DNA of 64,000 nucleotides from Nemertoderma westbladi (taxonomy: Eukaryota; Animalia; Xenacoelomorpha), in NCBI GenBank assembly GCA_032718475.1, contig JAUCBJ010004237.1, forward strand, positions 608 through 64,607, read 5' to 3'. Under the pieces are notes generated by a model. It did no database searches. It saw only the letters and a list, made by a program, of their open reading frames with translations, and was not told the origin of the DNA. Positions 47,130 through 59,559 of this stretch are shown here, in pieces. Within the stretch, counting starts at the first letter, position 1. Every line of letters starts with the position of its first letter. The position numbers and the translations under genes are program-made.

Positions 47130-47315
47130 ACGTGTTACGTTTCGAGCCTTCAGTAGAACTTTGATCCCTGGGTTGTGGTGAACATCTGTTTTGATGGCGA
47201 GTTCGGTATCGATGAAGGTGGTCCTCGTCATGAATTTCTAAGATCAATGATGCACGCCATTAAAAAACTGCCTATATTCTATGGAGAAGATAATTCTATG
47301 ATGCTTGCACATTAG
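47130..47315 (+). pseudogene. HECT-domain (G2E3-like) fragment
   Basis: FDGEFGIDEGGPRHEFLRSMMHAIKKLPIFYG matches the HECT N-lobe GExxxDxGGxxxEF motif. Confidence 0.6.
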
Positions 47316-47948
47316 CTAACACGTGCAAACGTGTTGAGTAACATGTGTGAACGTATTAGTGTTATATACGTGTTATATATAAAAAATATTTCTTCACAAA
47401 TGACAAATGTCCCTTTAGGGGCTCCGTACCTACCTACTGCTACTGCACTGAATACAAATACTTCCGTACCTACCTACCGCTGCTGCACTGAATACAAATA
47501 CTTCATGTGATTTGCGTGATTTTATGATAAAAATTGAAACATTAGATGATGTCTGAATAAATTGTCTGTGTTGTAAATAGTAAAATACATTTTGTCATTG
47601 CTTCGCATTTGTGTAAATAGAGCCAAAAATTAATTTTTCAAAAATTAACTTTATTCAATGTCAAAATATAGGTCGAATTTTTGACACTTTGGGTTAATTT
47701 TGTTCTAAAATTATTTTTACAGATGCTAATAGATGAGTTTGAATATTATGTTCCTAAAAAAATTAACAAATTTTCATATGAATTGGTGGTGGAGCACCCC
47801 TTTTTAAGCTGGTTTATTTGAATTCATATGATGAATTCCTGTTATGCAGATACGCAATCTCCTGGAGAGGATGATTACGTGCAATTAAAAGATAAAACAA
47901 ATGAAGGACTGTCAGCCACAGGTATGAAAAATAGTAGGTAATTAGGCC

Positions 47949-47991
47949 TAGCAGACGTTTCGAAAGCCAATGGCTATCTTTATCAATGCTA
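47949..47991 (-). ncRNA. Minimal type-I hammerhead ribozyme (U3:A8)
   Basis: Reverse complement of 50267-50309. Confidence 0.75.
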
Positions 47992-48572
47992 AATTTTAAA
48001 AAAGTATTAATTATTGGGCACTGGACAGCAAAGTTACCGGTATATAGGCCTAGCAGTATATACTATACAGTATACAAAAAATAGAACGCACATATACAGT
48101 AAAACTCAAATCTATTAACGGAAAAACATACAGTATAATGAAACTATAGTATAAACATGTATAAACTACCACTACAGACTACACACTACTGTACGTACAA
48201 CGCACATACACACACATTACACAATATAAAATAAGTGTACAAACAGAAAGCACATATTATACATTACAATAGAAATGTATAAATGGATAAAACAAATATA
48301 GTAAAATATAAATGAATAAACAACTACAGCGTACATACAACAACTACAACTCACATATACACAGAATAATAATAAAGTATAAACCCTAAACGGTAGGCCT
48401 ACACATATACAAAGCACATACCGTATAATATAAATGAATACACAGTACACAACTACAACGCACATATACAGTAAAATAATAAAGTATAAAGATTTATACA
48501 GAACACATATACAAAGCACATACCTTATAATATAAATGAATACACAGTACACAACTACAACGTATATATACA

Positions 48573-49642
48573 CGTTCGTGGGGCCTTCGCGCAGCACGAG
48601 GCCCAGTTATGAGATACAAATTAAAATTGAGCGACTGTATCACAAAATCAGGTTTTGAGAAATTTACCCACACCACCAATCAATCCAAGAAAGGGGGACA
48701 TGACAGTACGTGTTCACCCCTTTTAATCTCTCCAGCCCCCACCCTTCCCAACCACCAATACATAACCGCGACATCTACCACCCACGGAAGGGTAGAACGA
48801 ACTTATTTCCAATCGCACGTTCAATATGCAAAGCCAGGTGGTGTATAGGAATATAATCAACGCCGTACTCGTCTTAATTATTATAAGCGTCGTTGCGCTC
48901 GTCCTGTTTTGTATTTAAATATATTTCCTAAACGCAGACTGGCAATCTTTATAACTATGGATACGTGCAATATGCGAAACCAGGAATGGTTTATAGGAAT
49001 ATAATCAATGCAGAACGCAGTACTAAATGCAGTCGATGCAGTAATGATATTCAAATAATTAATTTAATACCAGTACCCTCTGTTAATGCCTCAGTGTAAA
49101 AACTTAGACAATTCAACTACAAAGAAATCCCATCAAAAAATAATAAGCCCAATATTTATGAGGAAAAAACAAGTATGGATATAAATAAGTCTTCTGCAGT
49201 GGTAAAATGTTATTGACTGACATTTATTAAACGAGATCTGTCTAACACGGCAATAACACAATAATAGACTGAATAGTAGGGAATAGTAGGGACTATAATA
49301 GAATGGAGTATGTGGATTACATCTGTATAATTTTTAAGTATAATTATTTAAATCTTATACTGTAAAACAATTAATTTCCTTTAAAAGGCAGGTTGAAAAT
49401 GGTGTTTTCACCCTAATCAACTTAATTAACTAATTAACTGCTATTATCTTAGCTTCTCGAAGGCCACACGGAAATTCTACTTGGAAAATTTCTAAACAAC
49501 ATGTGTACCAAGTTTGGATAGATTTCATCAAAGATTGGCCGAGTTATTAACGTTTAAAATTGAACGCGACAGAACGACAGAACGACAGGTTGATTAATGG
49601 TACCACTACGCTAAGGCTCACTCACTTTGTGGCTCGCCCCAC
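48573..49642. mobile_element. Non-autonomous insertion, possibly Helentron/HINE-like
   Basis: Terminal GC hairpin GGGCCT...AGGCCC. ACAGAACG repeats near the other end. End motif CTTTGTGGCTCGCCCCAC recurs inverted at about 56161-56180 and partially at about 40325. Confidence 0.45.
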
Positions 49643-50266
49643 AGTATAATATAAATGAATACACAGTACACAACAACTGCAACGTATATATACAGTATAA
49701 TAATAAGGTATAAACACTAAACATTACACATATACGGTATGTGCTTTGTATATGTGTTCTGTATAAATCTTTATACTTTATTATTTTACTGTATATGTGC
49801 GTTGTAGTTGTGTACTTTGTATTCATTTATATTATACGGTATGTGCTTTGTATATGTGTAGGCCTACCGTTTAGGGTTTATACTTTATTATTATTCTGTA
49901 TATGTGAATTGTAGTTGTTGTATGTACGCTGTAGTTGTTTATTCATTTATATTTTACTATATTTGTTTTATCCATTTATACATTTCTATTGTAATGTATA
50001 ATATGTGCTTTCTGTTTGTACACTTATTTTATATTGTGTAATGTGTGTGTATGTGCGTTGTACGTACAGTAGTGTGTAGTCTGTAGTGGTAGTTTATACA
50101 TGTTTATACTATAGTTTCATTATACTATATGTTTTTCCGTTAATAGATTTGAGTTTTACTGTATATGTGCGTTCTATTTTTTGTATACTGTATAGTATAT
50201 ACTGCTAGGCCTATATACCGGTGACTTTGCTGTCCAGTGCCCAATAATTAATACTTTTTTAAAATT

Positions 50267-50309
50267 TAGCATTGATAAAGATAGCCATTGGCTTTCGAAA
50301 CGTCTGCTA
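50267..50309 (+). ncRNA. Minimal type-I hammerhead ribozyme (U3:A8)
   Basis: TAGCA-TTGATAA-A-GATAGCC-ATT-GGCTTTC-GAAA-CG-TC-TGCTA. Perfect stem I, palindromic ACGT stem III, GUC cleavage site at 50304. Confidence 0.75.
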
Positions 50310-50452
50310 GGCCTAATTACCTACTATTTTTCATACCTGTGGCTGACAGTCCTTCATTTGTTTTATCTTTTAATATTTACTCGCCACATTCCCCACCATG
50401 ATTTTTAATTCATTACGTGCAATATTTTGCGTATTTGTTTAAAATTAATACC

Positions 50453-51417
50453 AGGGGGGGTACACCATTTTGGTCCAAAATATGTCGAAATTTTTTTTAT
50501 GGTCTATTATAATGCACCATTGAATGGTGTTTCCAAATCTGAAAACCGCTATTTAATAGCTCTTTTAGTTTTCAAGTTATGTAAATTTCCATTTAGGGAA
50601 TCCTATTGAAATTACTATTACTATGTATAATGAAAGGTCGATTATCTCCAAATATTTTTTTCATGAAATTGTCAACTTCAAAACCGTACTACTTCTACAA
50701 TTTTTGAGCAATTAGTCTGAAGGATCGGCATGCTGCATTGCAGCTGCATTTTTATGAATGCTGTGCCGGTTTGTCAACAAAATTAGTCTCATTAACTCTG
50801 ATTAACAATTAGTCTGAAACTTCCTGTGGGTGTCTAGATAGCCACCCTGCATAAAAGTATCAGACAACTTTTCGAAAGTTTTTGTTAATAAAATTTAATA
50901 CTATTTATAAAAAACCTAAAAATTAGCATAAATTTGCAGCGCCAGCTATTCTAACAATTTCTAACATTTAGTGTGAAACTTCCTGTGGGTGTCTAGATAG
51001 TCACCCTGCATAAAAGTATCAGACAACTTTTCGAAATTTTTTGTTAATAAAATTTAATACTATTTATAAAAAACCTAAAAATTAGCATAAATTTGCAGCG
51101 CCACCTAGCGGTGCGGAATTATTTTTACAAAATTTCGCCTGATAGTTATGTTGCCCCATCTTTGATCTATCATATAAATAACTTTCATGTGATACGGTTC
51201 AAAACTGTAAAAGCCTTAGGGTTTTAAGCGCAACCAAGTTTTTTTTTATTGTTAACTAGTATTAACTAATATTAAATAGCGAAATTTTTTTTTTCTGACC
51301 TGTCCTGTAGAATAGCACCTTAGGCACCTATATGCCATATTTTAGCCCAAACCAAACAATTTTGAAACGCTGAGAGTGATAATTCGAAGAGTTGTCCGAA
51401 AATGGTGTACCCCCCCT
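50453..51417. mobile_element. MITE-like element (possibly Kolobok-type) with an internal about 158-bp tandem duplication
   Basis: AGGGGGGGTACACCATTTT / AAAATGGTGTACCCCCCCT inverted ends. TTAA present only on the right side. Confidence 0.5.
50722..50805 (-). mobile_element. Very short 3' end of the RTE-like LINE
   Basis: Matches about 31285-31347. 13-bp TSD CAATTAGTCTGAA at 50709-50721 and 50806-50818. Confidence 0.85.
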
Positions 51418-52099
51418 TAAATGTTTAATATTATATCGTAAATACCCGTTGTTAAGGTATGTTAGTTATTATTAATTCGTCCCTATTAAAACATAAGGCC
51501 CTAACTCAAAAAATCATGTTTTGAGAAAATCGACTTTTTTTACTATAAATTCATGGATCCTTGTAAGCCGCTGAAAATTCGATTTTTAGGCAAAAGGAAT
51601 ACAAGGAATTTGATTTTGCTATTAAAATCTGTCCGAAATGGACATTTGGAATGGAAATTTTAAAAAATATTAGTTAGGGCGTTTTGAAAAAACCAACTTT
51701 GGCAGATGTGTGTCAATTCAAAACGCCCTAACATTTCGCTGCACTGTATATATGTATTAAAGAGTGGAAAATACAGCGCGTTTTTGGTATATTGAAAAAA
51801 TTTCCTCATGTCGTGTGTCTGTGTGTGTTTGGAACTGTCAATCACACTGCAGGAAATGTCTTGTAGCAGCCTTTATGTCTTGCCATTATTGAAAATTTTC
51901 GATTTCAATGCAACGTCACTCAAGTATTGATTTAACATCGATATGAATAAAAAAAAAACAAAGTATAAAGTAGAGTAGAGTACCGAGGAAAGAACAAGAA
52001 AGAAACCGTTGATATTCATTAGTCCAAACTCGGATCTCCGCTATAACAATCTACTGTACTCCAGTCTATGAGAGATAAATGTTTCAGTTAGTCACCGTT

Positions 52100-52645
52100 T
52101 CATTCCTCATCTATGACCTCCTCCTCGTCGGTTTCATCTAGAGAGTCGCGAACCTCATCACCTGGTCTGAGAGCCAAGTATTCCCGATGAAAGATTTTAG
52201 GAATAACGCCATTCTTCACTAACTTCATTAAGTCATTATATTTGGCTCTGGATATGCAAGGCTTAAACTGAAAGGCTCGCTTTGGTAGATCTAGCAAATT
52301 AGACCGACGACCAAAACCACGTATAAACTTGACTTTCACCGGCTGGGAATTCGACGTATACTGTATGTCCATTGTATCGCTGCCCCGAAGAAATAACACC
52401 CTTCGCATTTTCGACCACCTGACTCTTTCATTTGCTTCATCCACCATCATTAAAGGAAGAATGTCATCTGCAGCTTCCATCCACTTCAGAACGTTCTTAG
52501 TTTCCAACACCTGAACCTCGTAAGGAACAGTAGCTTCATCTTGTCTAGAACCTAAGATAATCCCTGCCCACATGGATGGTGCCCAAACCATCATGTTGGG
52601 AACAGATCTCTCAATGGTGCTGTGGATCGAATCGACTGGCATATA
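52100..52645 (-). pseudogene. Sola1-like transposase C-terminal fragment
   Basis: YMPVDSIHSTIER...WAPSMW...PYEV...KYNDLMKL...VIP..FH..Y..L. Confidence 0.65.
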
Positions 52646-53079
52646 CAGTAGTAAAAAAGGGGGAGTAAGTAGTCAACCACCAGTGTAAACGAACTAGAAA
52701 ACGTCAATCTAAGGAAAACTTCAAAGTAAAAACTCATAGGAAAACTCATAGAGAGCTTTCCACTACAGTGGCCACCTGGGAAAGCAATATCCATTAATAG
52801 TAGTTACTGCTAGTGCATATATCCAGGACCTTATTCATCGCACACTTGCCATTTTTAGACGCAAGGTCACTGCGGTACCTCTTGGCAGATTTTATATTCC
52901 AACCATACCGTTTCATATCATTAGGTTTTGCTTGTTCCATACTTTTGGTCTCTGTACATACATACCACTGGAGTAGTTTGTAACTCTGGCCTAGTTCTGA
53001 AAGCCACTGAGATGTAAACTAAACAAGTACACACGCCTTTACTCTCATCTGCACCTACTCTACCGTTAAATAATCACAA

Positions 53080-53360
53080 ATATGTATTTTTACAAAATTT
53101 ATTTTTGCAAAAGGTCTTCTAACCCAGGCGTTCTATAATTGCTAATTATAAAATCGGGGTTAATACCGGTTCTCATAACTAAATCGCCAACAATCATGGT
53201 ATCTCTTGTATCATTGTATGTACCAATTGTAGCCTCAATGAAGTCAAACTTATGTAAAGGATCTCCATTATGACTGGCAGCACCTTGCGGAGGTATATAA
53301 GCTGCTCATAATATTAAATTCTTTCGAAATGATGAAAGTCTGGATCCGACAATGCGGAGC
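53080..53360 (-). pseudogene. LINE apurinic-endonuclease domain remnant
   Basis: AAYIPPQG...TMIVGDLVMRTG, compared with the typical YIPP...GDFNARTG. Confidence 0.55.
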
Positions 53361-54576
53361 TCACCTCACCTCACAAGGACATGTAACTGGATGAAATAAG
53401 GCTTTTAGGTATCGGTTTTGAGTGTGGGTTTTGGGCATGTCTTTTGAGCATGGGTTTTAAGAATGAATTTTGGGCATGGGTTTGGACATTACTCAAGCGA
53501 AAATAAGGTTGATTACGGCATTACTAGATATAGGCTTATCAAGTTAGACTCCTTCACTGCAATCGCTACAATTTGCAAAAGTCCTCATCAAACTGTGATT
53601 TGTATACTAGAATAATTAATAATATAATTATTCAGCCAGTCAAGCAGTCTTTCCTTCGAGACCTTCTCAATGATATTAGATTTAGAACAATGATGAACTT
53701 GGAGAATACTAACCCAGACTTCATTGTTTATATGCCTGATTAACTGGCCAAGACTTCATTCATTGTTAATGTGCCTTCTAACTTCCATAGTGTTGGTTCA
53801 TCACATCATGCCATACCAGAACATAACAGTGTTGTGAGACCATGAAGGTGAGATAGGTGATATGTGTGTATGGTCAAAGTCAAAATAAATGTTACATAAG
53901 CGAAACTTTTGAGTGAAATTTTAAAATTGACAAAATATAGGAACATTATTACCATTCGAAAGCTCTTGGCGAGCTGAATTCGAATCTGGCAATGAAACAT
54001 AAAAATAACATAACAGTAAGTCCATGTTGTCCAAAAACTGATTTATGTGATTCACATCTACAGTTTTTATGGTATTACATGAAACACAGTACTCACAGAC
54101 TACATTTTAATGTAGACCATGAACCATTATTTTTACAGAGTTTGTAGGTGGTTGCTCATGGTATTCATTAAATGTATATTTTTGTGAAGGATTTGTGTAG
54201 ACCATGAACTAAATTGCTTCAAAACTGTAGCAGTATATATTAGATTAAAAATAAATTATTCAATTAATTCATTTCGGAGCTCATTCTGAAGCATTATATT
54301 TATTAGGTAAATACTAATTCATTTTAAACACATTCATTAATGAATTATTATTTCCTAAGTTATTTTCAGTTGGTTAGTTATTTAGTTTCTCATTCTAGTT
54401 ATTAGGGCCTACTCTACTACCGGTACTTAAATAGTTGTTTATTCATTCAGTTCAAAACCTAAAAATTTGTTATCGAAGACAGGCTGCTTCATAGCTGCTG
54501 GGGGCGTTAGCCCAGATGTTGAATCAATTCAATCAATCAAATACTAAATATAGAAATATTAATTATTAACATATTA

Positions 54577-54894
54577 TTAGGCCTTTACAAGACGGTAAAA
54601 CTTATTATAAAATCGACCATTAATGCAGAAATGGCAGTAGCAGGATGATAGCTCGCGATATTGGAAAGCACACGGGTTCGCCTTTATATAATGTAGTTTC
54701 AACGTCCCTGCCACAGGTGTTGGGCACTTATATAATGGTGAAAGTGACGCTAATTCAGTATCAATTTGGTTCTTTGATATGTACAAGATAATACAACTAG
54801 TCAGTTCTTTGCTGTCCTTACAGTAGTTGAAAACATTTTCAGCACTATTCAATTCATGACACGTACGTACATGTACAATTAAGTAAGAATTCAC
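54577..54894 (-). pseudogene. Sola2-like transposase C-terminal fragment
   Basis: LNSAENVF...YI...PVAGTLKLH...RELSSCYCHFC. The flanks carry dispersed TAGACCATGAA motifs (about 54112, 54197, 54971; inverted at about 55040 and 55179). Confidence 0.5.
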
Positions 54895-56477
54895 TACTAC
54901 AATACGTTAAGTAGAATACAAAAGTTTCACTTTCAATTTGCCTCTCCATAGTTAGCCTACATACATTTTGTAGACCATGAATCAGATAAATGACTACCAT
55001 GATCCATTGCTTCTGAGAGGTGTTCACGGTATTCAGTTTCATGGTCTACAATGTTTGTCTCATGATTACATACTTTGTCTCGCAGGGCCAATACAATACA
55101 TTGGCTACATACAATTGTTATTAAAAACCAATATATTCTCAATCAGCTGTTTTCAGAAATATGGTATTTAAATTTGATTCATGGTCTACAATGTTTATAT
55201 AAAATTCGTGAATCACTGTGTTTAGAGCGACGGGAAATGAATAATATGATATGTGGAGGTGCAAGGTGATAAATTTAAATAACCACAGATATTTGGGGTT
55301 TCAGAAGAAATATAACTTTCAGGGCTTTGTTATGGGAATTTGAATTATCCCTCTTCCAATTTTCCAACAAAAATTACGAAAAATGGTCACTTTTGGTAAA
55401 CAACATTCACCCATGCAACACACCACCGACGTTTTATTTATTTGGGCGGATATTATGTTTAGAAGAAAGCTTGGCATCTCAGCTTTCTAAGTAACATGTA
55501 CTTGACACCTCAGGCAGCTCCAATCCATAGTGACAGTGCGTGGAATACGAGATGGTATAAAAGTTTCGCTCACGGTCTACAGCTTAGATCTACATAAGAG
55601 CACCCAAAGGGGGTGAATACAGGTATAGTTATGCGTAGAAGATGATGGATTTTAAATGTTGGTTTCTAATGTATTACCCCATAAGCTGATTGCTCTCCCA
55701 GTGCTTCCTAAGGGTATATCTACAATAAGGTTACTCACTCTGCTATGTTAGGGGGTGGATCAGGAGAATGAATTTTAGTTACACAAAGCAGTGTGTTTTG
55801 TCCTATTGCAGTCGATACTCACTGTGGATTGCAAAATGTTTTATAGTTGACCTACACTATAATACAGTAGTTGCATGTATTTAAGGAGCCTGCTCTGGCC
55901 TACCGCCTTACATACCGCCTTACATATTCACATAGAATTCACTGGGAAGAGATATTCCGCTTGACGACGGGGTAATACCTATAGAAGGAAACTAAATTTG
56001 TTATTTGGCTCTATTCGTTGTTATTTATCTGGTTGTGCATCATGGGCATTTTTTATAAATATTCGGTAATCGCATCTTATATCTTGTAAACGTGCTTGAT
56101 AATGAAATTATTTGCTTCATATTATATTTTTGTTGGTAGCTAAGTTGCATTTTTTATTATGTGGGGCGAGCCACAAAGTCAGCTAGCCTCACGCCTTGCA
56201 GTTTAGACAATTTTAGTTTACTTACTGCTGACTGACATAGTTCTTTGTAATAGTCTTGGCTAGGATTTTTCCCCCGGGCTCCTTCCAGCCAGCTTGCTGG
56301 CTTTCTAGTTTAGATTATTTGAATTATTCTGCTCAGAGTTTAAATTAGAATTATTATTATTTTGCGTATTTGAATTTAAATTATTATTTAGATTATTTTG
56401 AATATTTGAATTAGAATCATTATTCTGTATATTTAAATTAATATTATTAGTTGGATTATTTATATTTAAATTAGGAG

Positions 56478-56818
56478 AAAGGAGACGAGTACTGTATTAA
56501 CTATACTTCTAAATAACAAGGTTTAGTGCATTATATCCCACTTTGACAGACTGTTGTAGATTGTTGAATTTATGAATGGTTGAAAAAGAATAGTAAAAAT
56601 TCTAATAATCAATGATCATATTGTGATCCTTAGTGGAATGTTGTAAACTTTATAATTTGTAACCAGATGTTCAGGAAGATCACAGTGATGCGTGTAAAGG
56701 AGACGAGTACTGCATTAACTATACTTCTAAATAACAAGGTTTAGTACATCATATCCCACTTAGACAGACTGTTGTAGATCGTTGAATGTATGAATGGTTG
56801 AAAAAGAATAGTAAAAAT
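56478..56818 (+). repeat. About 120-bp direct repeat pair
   Basis: AAAGGAGACGAGTACTG...GAATAGTAAAAAT at about 56478-56600 and 56696-56818. Confidence 0.85.
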
Positions 56819-57803
56819 AAAAACAACTTGTTACATCACTATAATCAAAAATAACAATTAAAAATACATCAATTCAATAATTATGAGCACAACTAAAATT
56901 TAATAAAGCTCAAAATATGTATCATGCCATCACAGGATACCACACTTTAGTGTAACCAATACATGTGTACATTTAAAATATAGGCACTCAATCAATACTG
57001 ATGATATACAGAACAACACTACAATTGAAATTCTATAATATAATTAACAACAGTTAAAGACTGAAGACCTAGTTGTAAAAAAAAAGTCAAATGGACCAGG
57101 ATAAAAGGTACCTGGATAAAATACATCCAGTCTATTGGTACACACAAGATTTTTAGTACCTTTTACCCGGGTAGGATTTATCTGGGTACATACCGTTGAA
57201 ATATAGGCATTCGTACTTGATACAGTATGTGATACAGAACAACACAAAAAATTAAATTATAAAATATAATTAACAACACGAATGACAAATATAATTGTTA
57301 TGCATAGTTTCCTGAACGGGTAGACATTGTACACAGTTTCAAATTTAATATAATCTGATAATTACGCCATCCCCAAAAAATGTACAGTCTACACCATAGA
57401 TTAGTCAATCCACCCACATGTAATTGTATAGTTAGATATTAAGTCGCAATTACATACTTATGGTTGAAAACACAAACTTAGTAATTTTCGATTTCTGAAA
57501 ACGTAATAATTGTCATATTTTGCATACACACATTAGTTAAATTTGTAAACGCAAATACGTGAAATTTAATTTAGAGGCTTTGGCCAGTATTGTGCGGTTT
57601 AAGTTTTTAGAGTCATATTTAAATATTATATTTGCATTGGTGAGCATATAGGCCTAGTATAAATATAATAATGCCTTCTGAATATAAACTGTTTCCGAAA
57701 GTAAATATGTTCTGAAATTAGACAGAAATGTCAGGCACTTTATGTTTTCAACCTTTTGTTTATTTATGTTTAACCTCATGAAGTTTAGTTGACTATAAAT
57801 TTG

Positions 57804-59531
57804 TCACTCAGATTTCTTGCCTCCTAATAACAAGGATGCCTCCTCCATCTTTTCGCGGACATTGATCAGACGCTTACCTCGGAGTTCGCTGTTAAAAAAT
57901 GACTGCATTATTATGTTCTCTACTTCGGACCACTTCGCTTTCTTTGAGATTGTCAACATGCCACCTGAGTCATGCTGTGCCATAATAAGATTGATATTGT
58001 CTTTGGTTGATATACCCTCCCCCTCCATGGTGTAAGAGCTGCCCTCATTTCTCAAATACCGACAGTTCTGCTGTTGATGGCATTTGGCTAGCAGCAAGGG
58101 ATTGAACTTTGTGAAGCCTTGCTTTAAAGACGGGTTTTTGAACACTCATCAGATTACTTACACCAGCACGAGCCTTAATAATGTTTGCAAGTATAGTAAA
58201 TGGAAGTGCCTTGGCATTTTCAATACAGAACTTATAGAAAATATCAAGTTTTTGTAAGTACACTCTCAATGACGTAATTTGTCTAGTCTTTTTCCCTCTT
58301 ACAGATTACATCTTAAGACTCTCGTAGGACTTTAGTATATTATATTTCTCAAACATCATTTGGGCTGTGAGCCGTTTAGAAACAGCAGCACTCATCAAAC
58401 TAAAAAACTTCTTTATATATAATAACGTGAATGATTGGGCCCTCTCATCTCTCACTATGGGTAGCGCACTACTAAGATACAGTTTAAACTCAGTCTTTAA
58501 GGGGAAAGATTTTTGGTTACAGTCATAGTTCTTTTCTGGTAGTTTTGGTAGAATAAATTGGTGTGGATCATTAAGTAATTTTTCCCTTTCAGGGTTTTTT
58601 TCTCTAATCCCATTCACATCTGTGTAATGCGACATTGAATGTGTATTCGGAAGATGGTAGGCATAACGCTTTATGACGTTTTTCACAAATAGAATAACAA
58701 GAATGCTTTCGCCTTTGTTTTCCCCTAGTAAGACGCGCCCCAATGCAGATAAGTATTGTACTTGTTTTTCGTCCTTAATGTTATGTATTGTACAAACAAG
58801 CCTTGGGAGGTTAATTACTACCTTAAAGCACATCTTGCATTTTGAATGCATTCTTGTTTTCCCACGGTTAGGCCTACTTATATTGCTACTAGTAGGCATA
58901 TCCATAGTCAAAGAATTCTGATGATCAACCAGCACCTTTATTTTCACCCTCTTTCATTTTTGTACTGGTGGGATATAATCTGAGTCGGATACATCCTTCT
59001 TTCTTTGTTTTTTAGTTATAGGAGGGATATGAGATCACTCCGTTTCATGTTTTGTTCGGTACCTTTTTGTTTATTTTCTTTTTGCTTATTCTTTTCTTAT
59101 TGTTCTTTCTTTGTTTTTTTGTAGTAGGGGGGATATCAGATCGTTCAGTATCGGGGCTGAGGCAGACCAGGAGACAGGCAGAACATGAGGGTTGTGGTTG
59201 TGAAGGGCACATAGAAGCGCACAAGTGACCTCCTCATTCAGTATATATGCAAGGTTTCGAGTTCTCCTTCATCTCCTTCAATACCAGTACTATCACTGTC
59301 AGAAAATAAGTCACCAGAAGACCATTCATCATCACCATGAACATCCATTACAGATTCCTGGACAGGAATCTTCAGATCGCGATAGGGGTTCAGGGTATTG
59401 GATCCAAGAAAACTATGGTAATTCGAACCCAGCAAAGTCATAGCATAATAAGTCGCTGATAAATTGCTACTAATTTTGCCGGCTAATACCCTGCTAATTT
59501 CGCCGGATAAAAGCCGGCTTTTTGGTTCCAA
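57804..59531 (-). pseudogene. Fragmented ORF with a Zn-finger and a helical domain, possibly Crypton (tyrosine recombinase) N-terminal region
   Basis: Colinear minus-strand ORFs: CKMCFKVVINLPRL...H; FKLYLSS; RVYLQKLDIFYKFC. No catalytic R-H-R-H-Y motifs seen. Confidence 0.35.
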
Positions 59532-59559
59532 TGTGGATTTCAGAGAGAAATATCCGTCG

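Larger units (their letters stand above)
47884..50374. mobile_element. Non-coding Penelope-derived inverted repeat (arms 47884-48524 and 49736-50374) with about 103-bp internal tandem units and a nested insertion
   Basis: About 640-bp near-perfect reverse-complement arms, each carrying a hammerhead motif. Confidence 0.8.

Noticed and set aside
48217-48679. Hydrophobic Y/V/C-rich membrane-protein ORFs (also 22526-23053 and 49611-49826)
   Set aside because: Translations of AT-rich minisatellite or low-complexity sequence.
51660-51750. Tc1/mariner MITE end (TA-CAGTG on the minus strand, internal palindrome TTAGGGCGTTTTGAA)
   Set aside because: No matching opposite terminus could be located.
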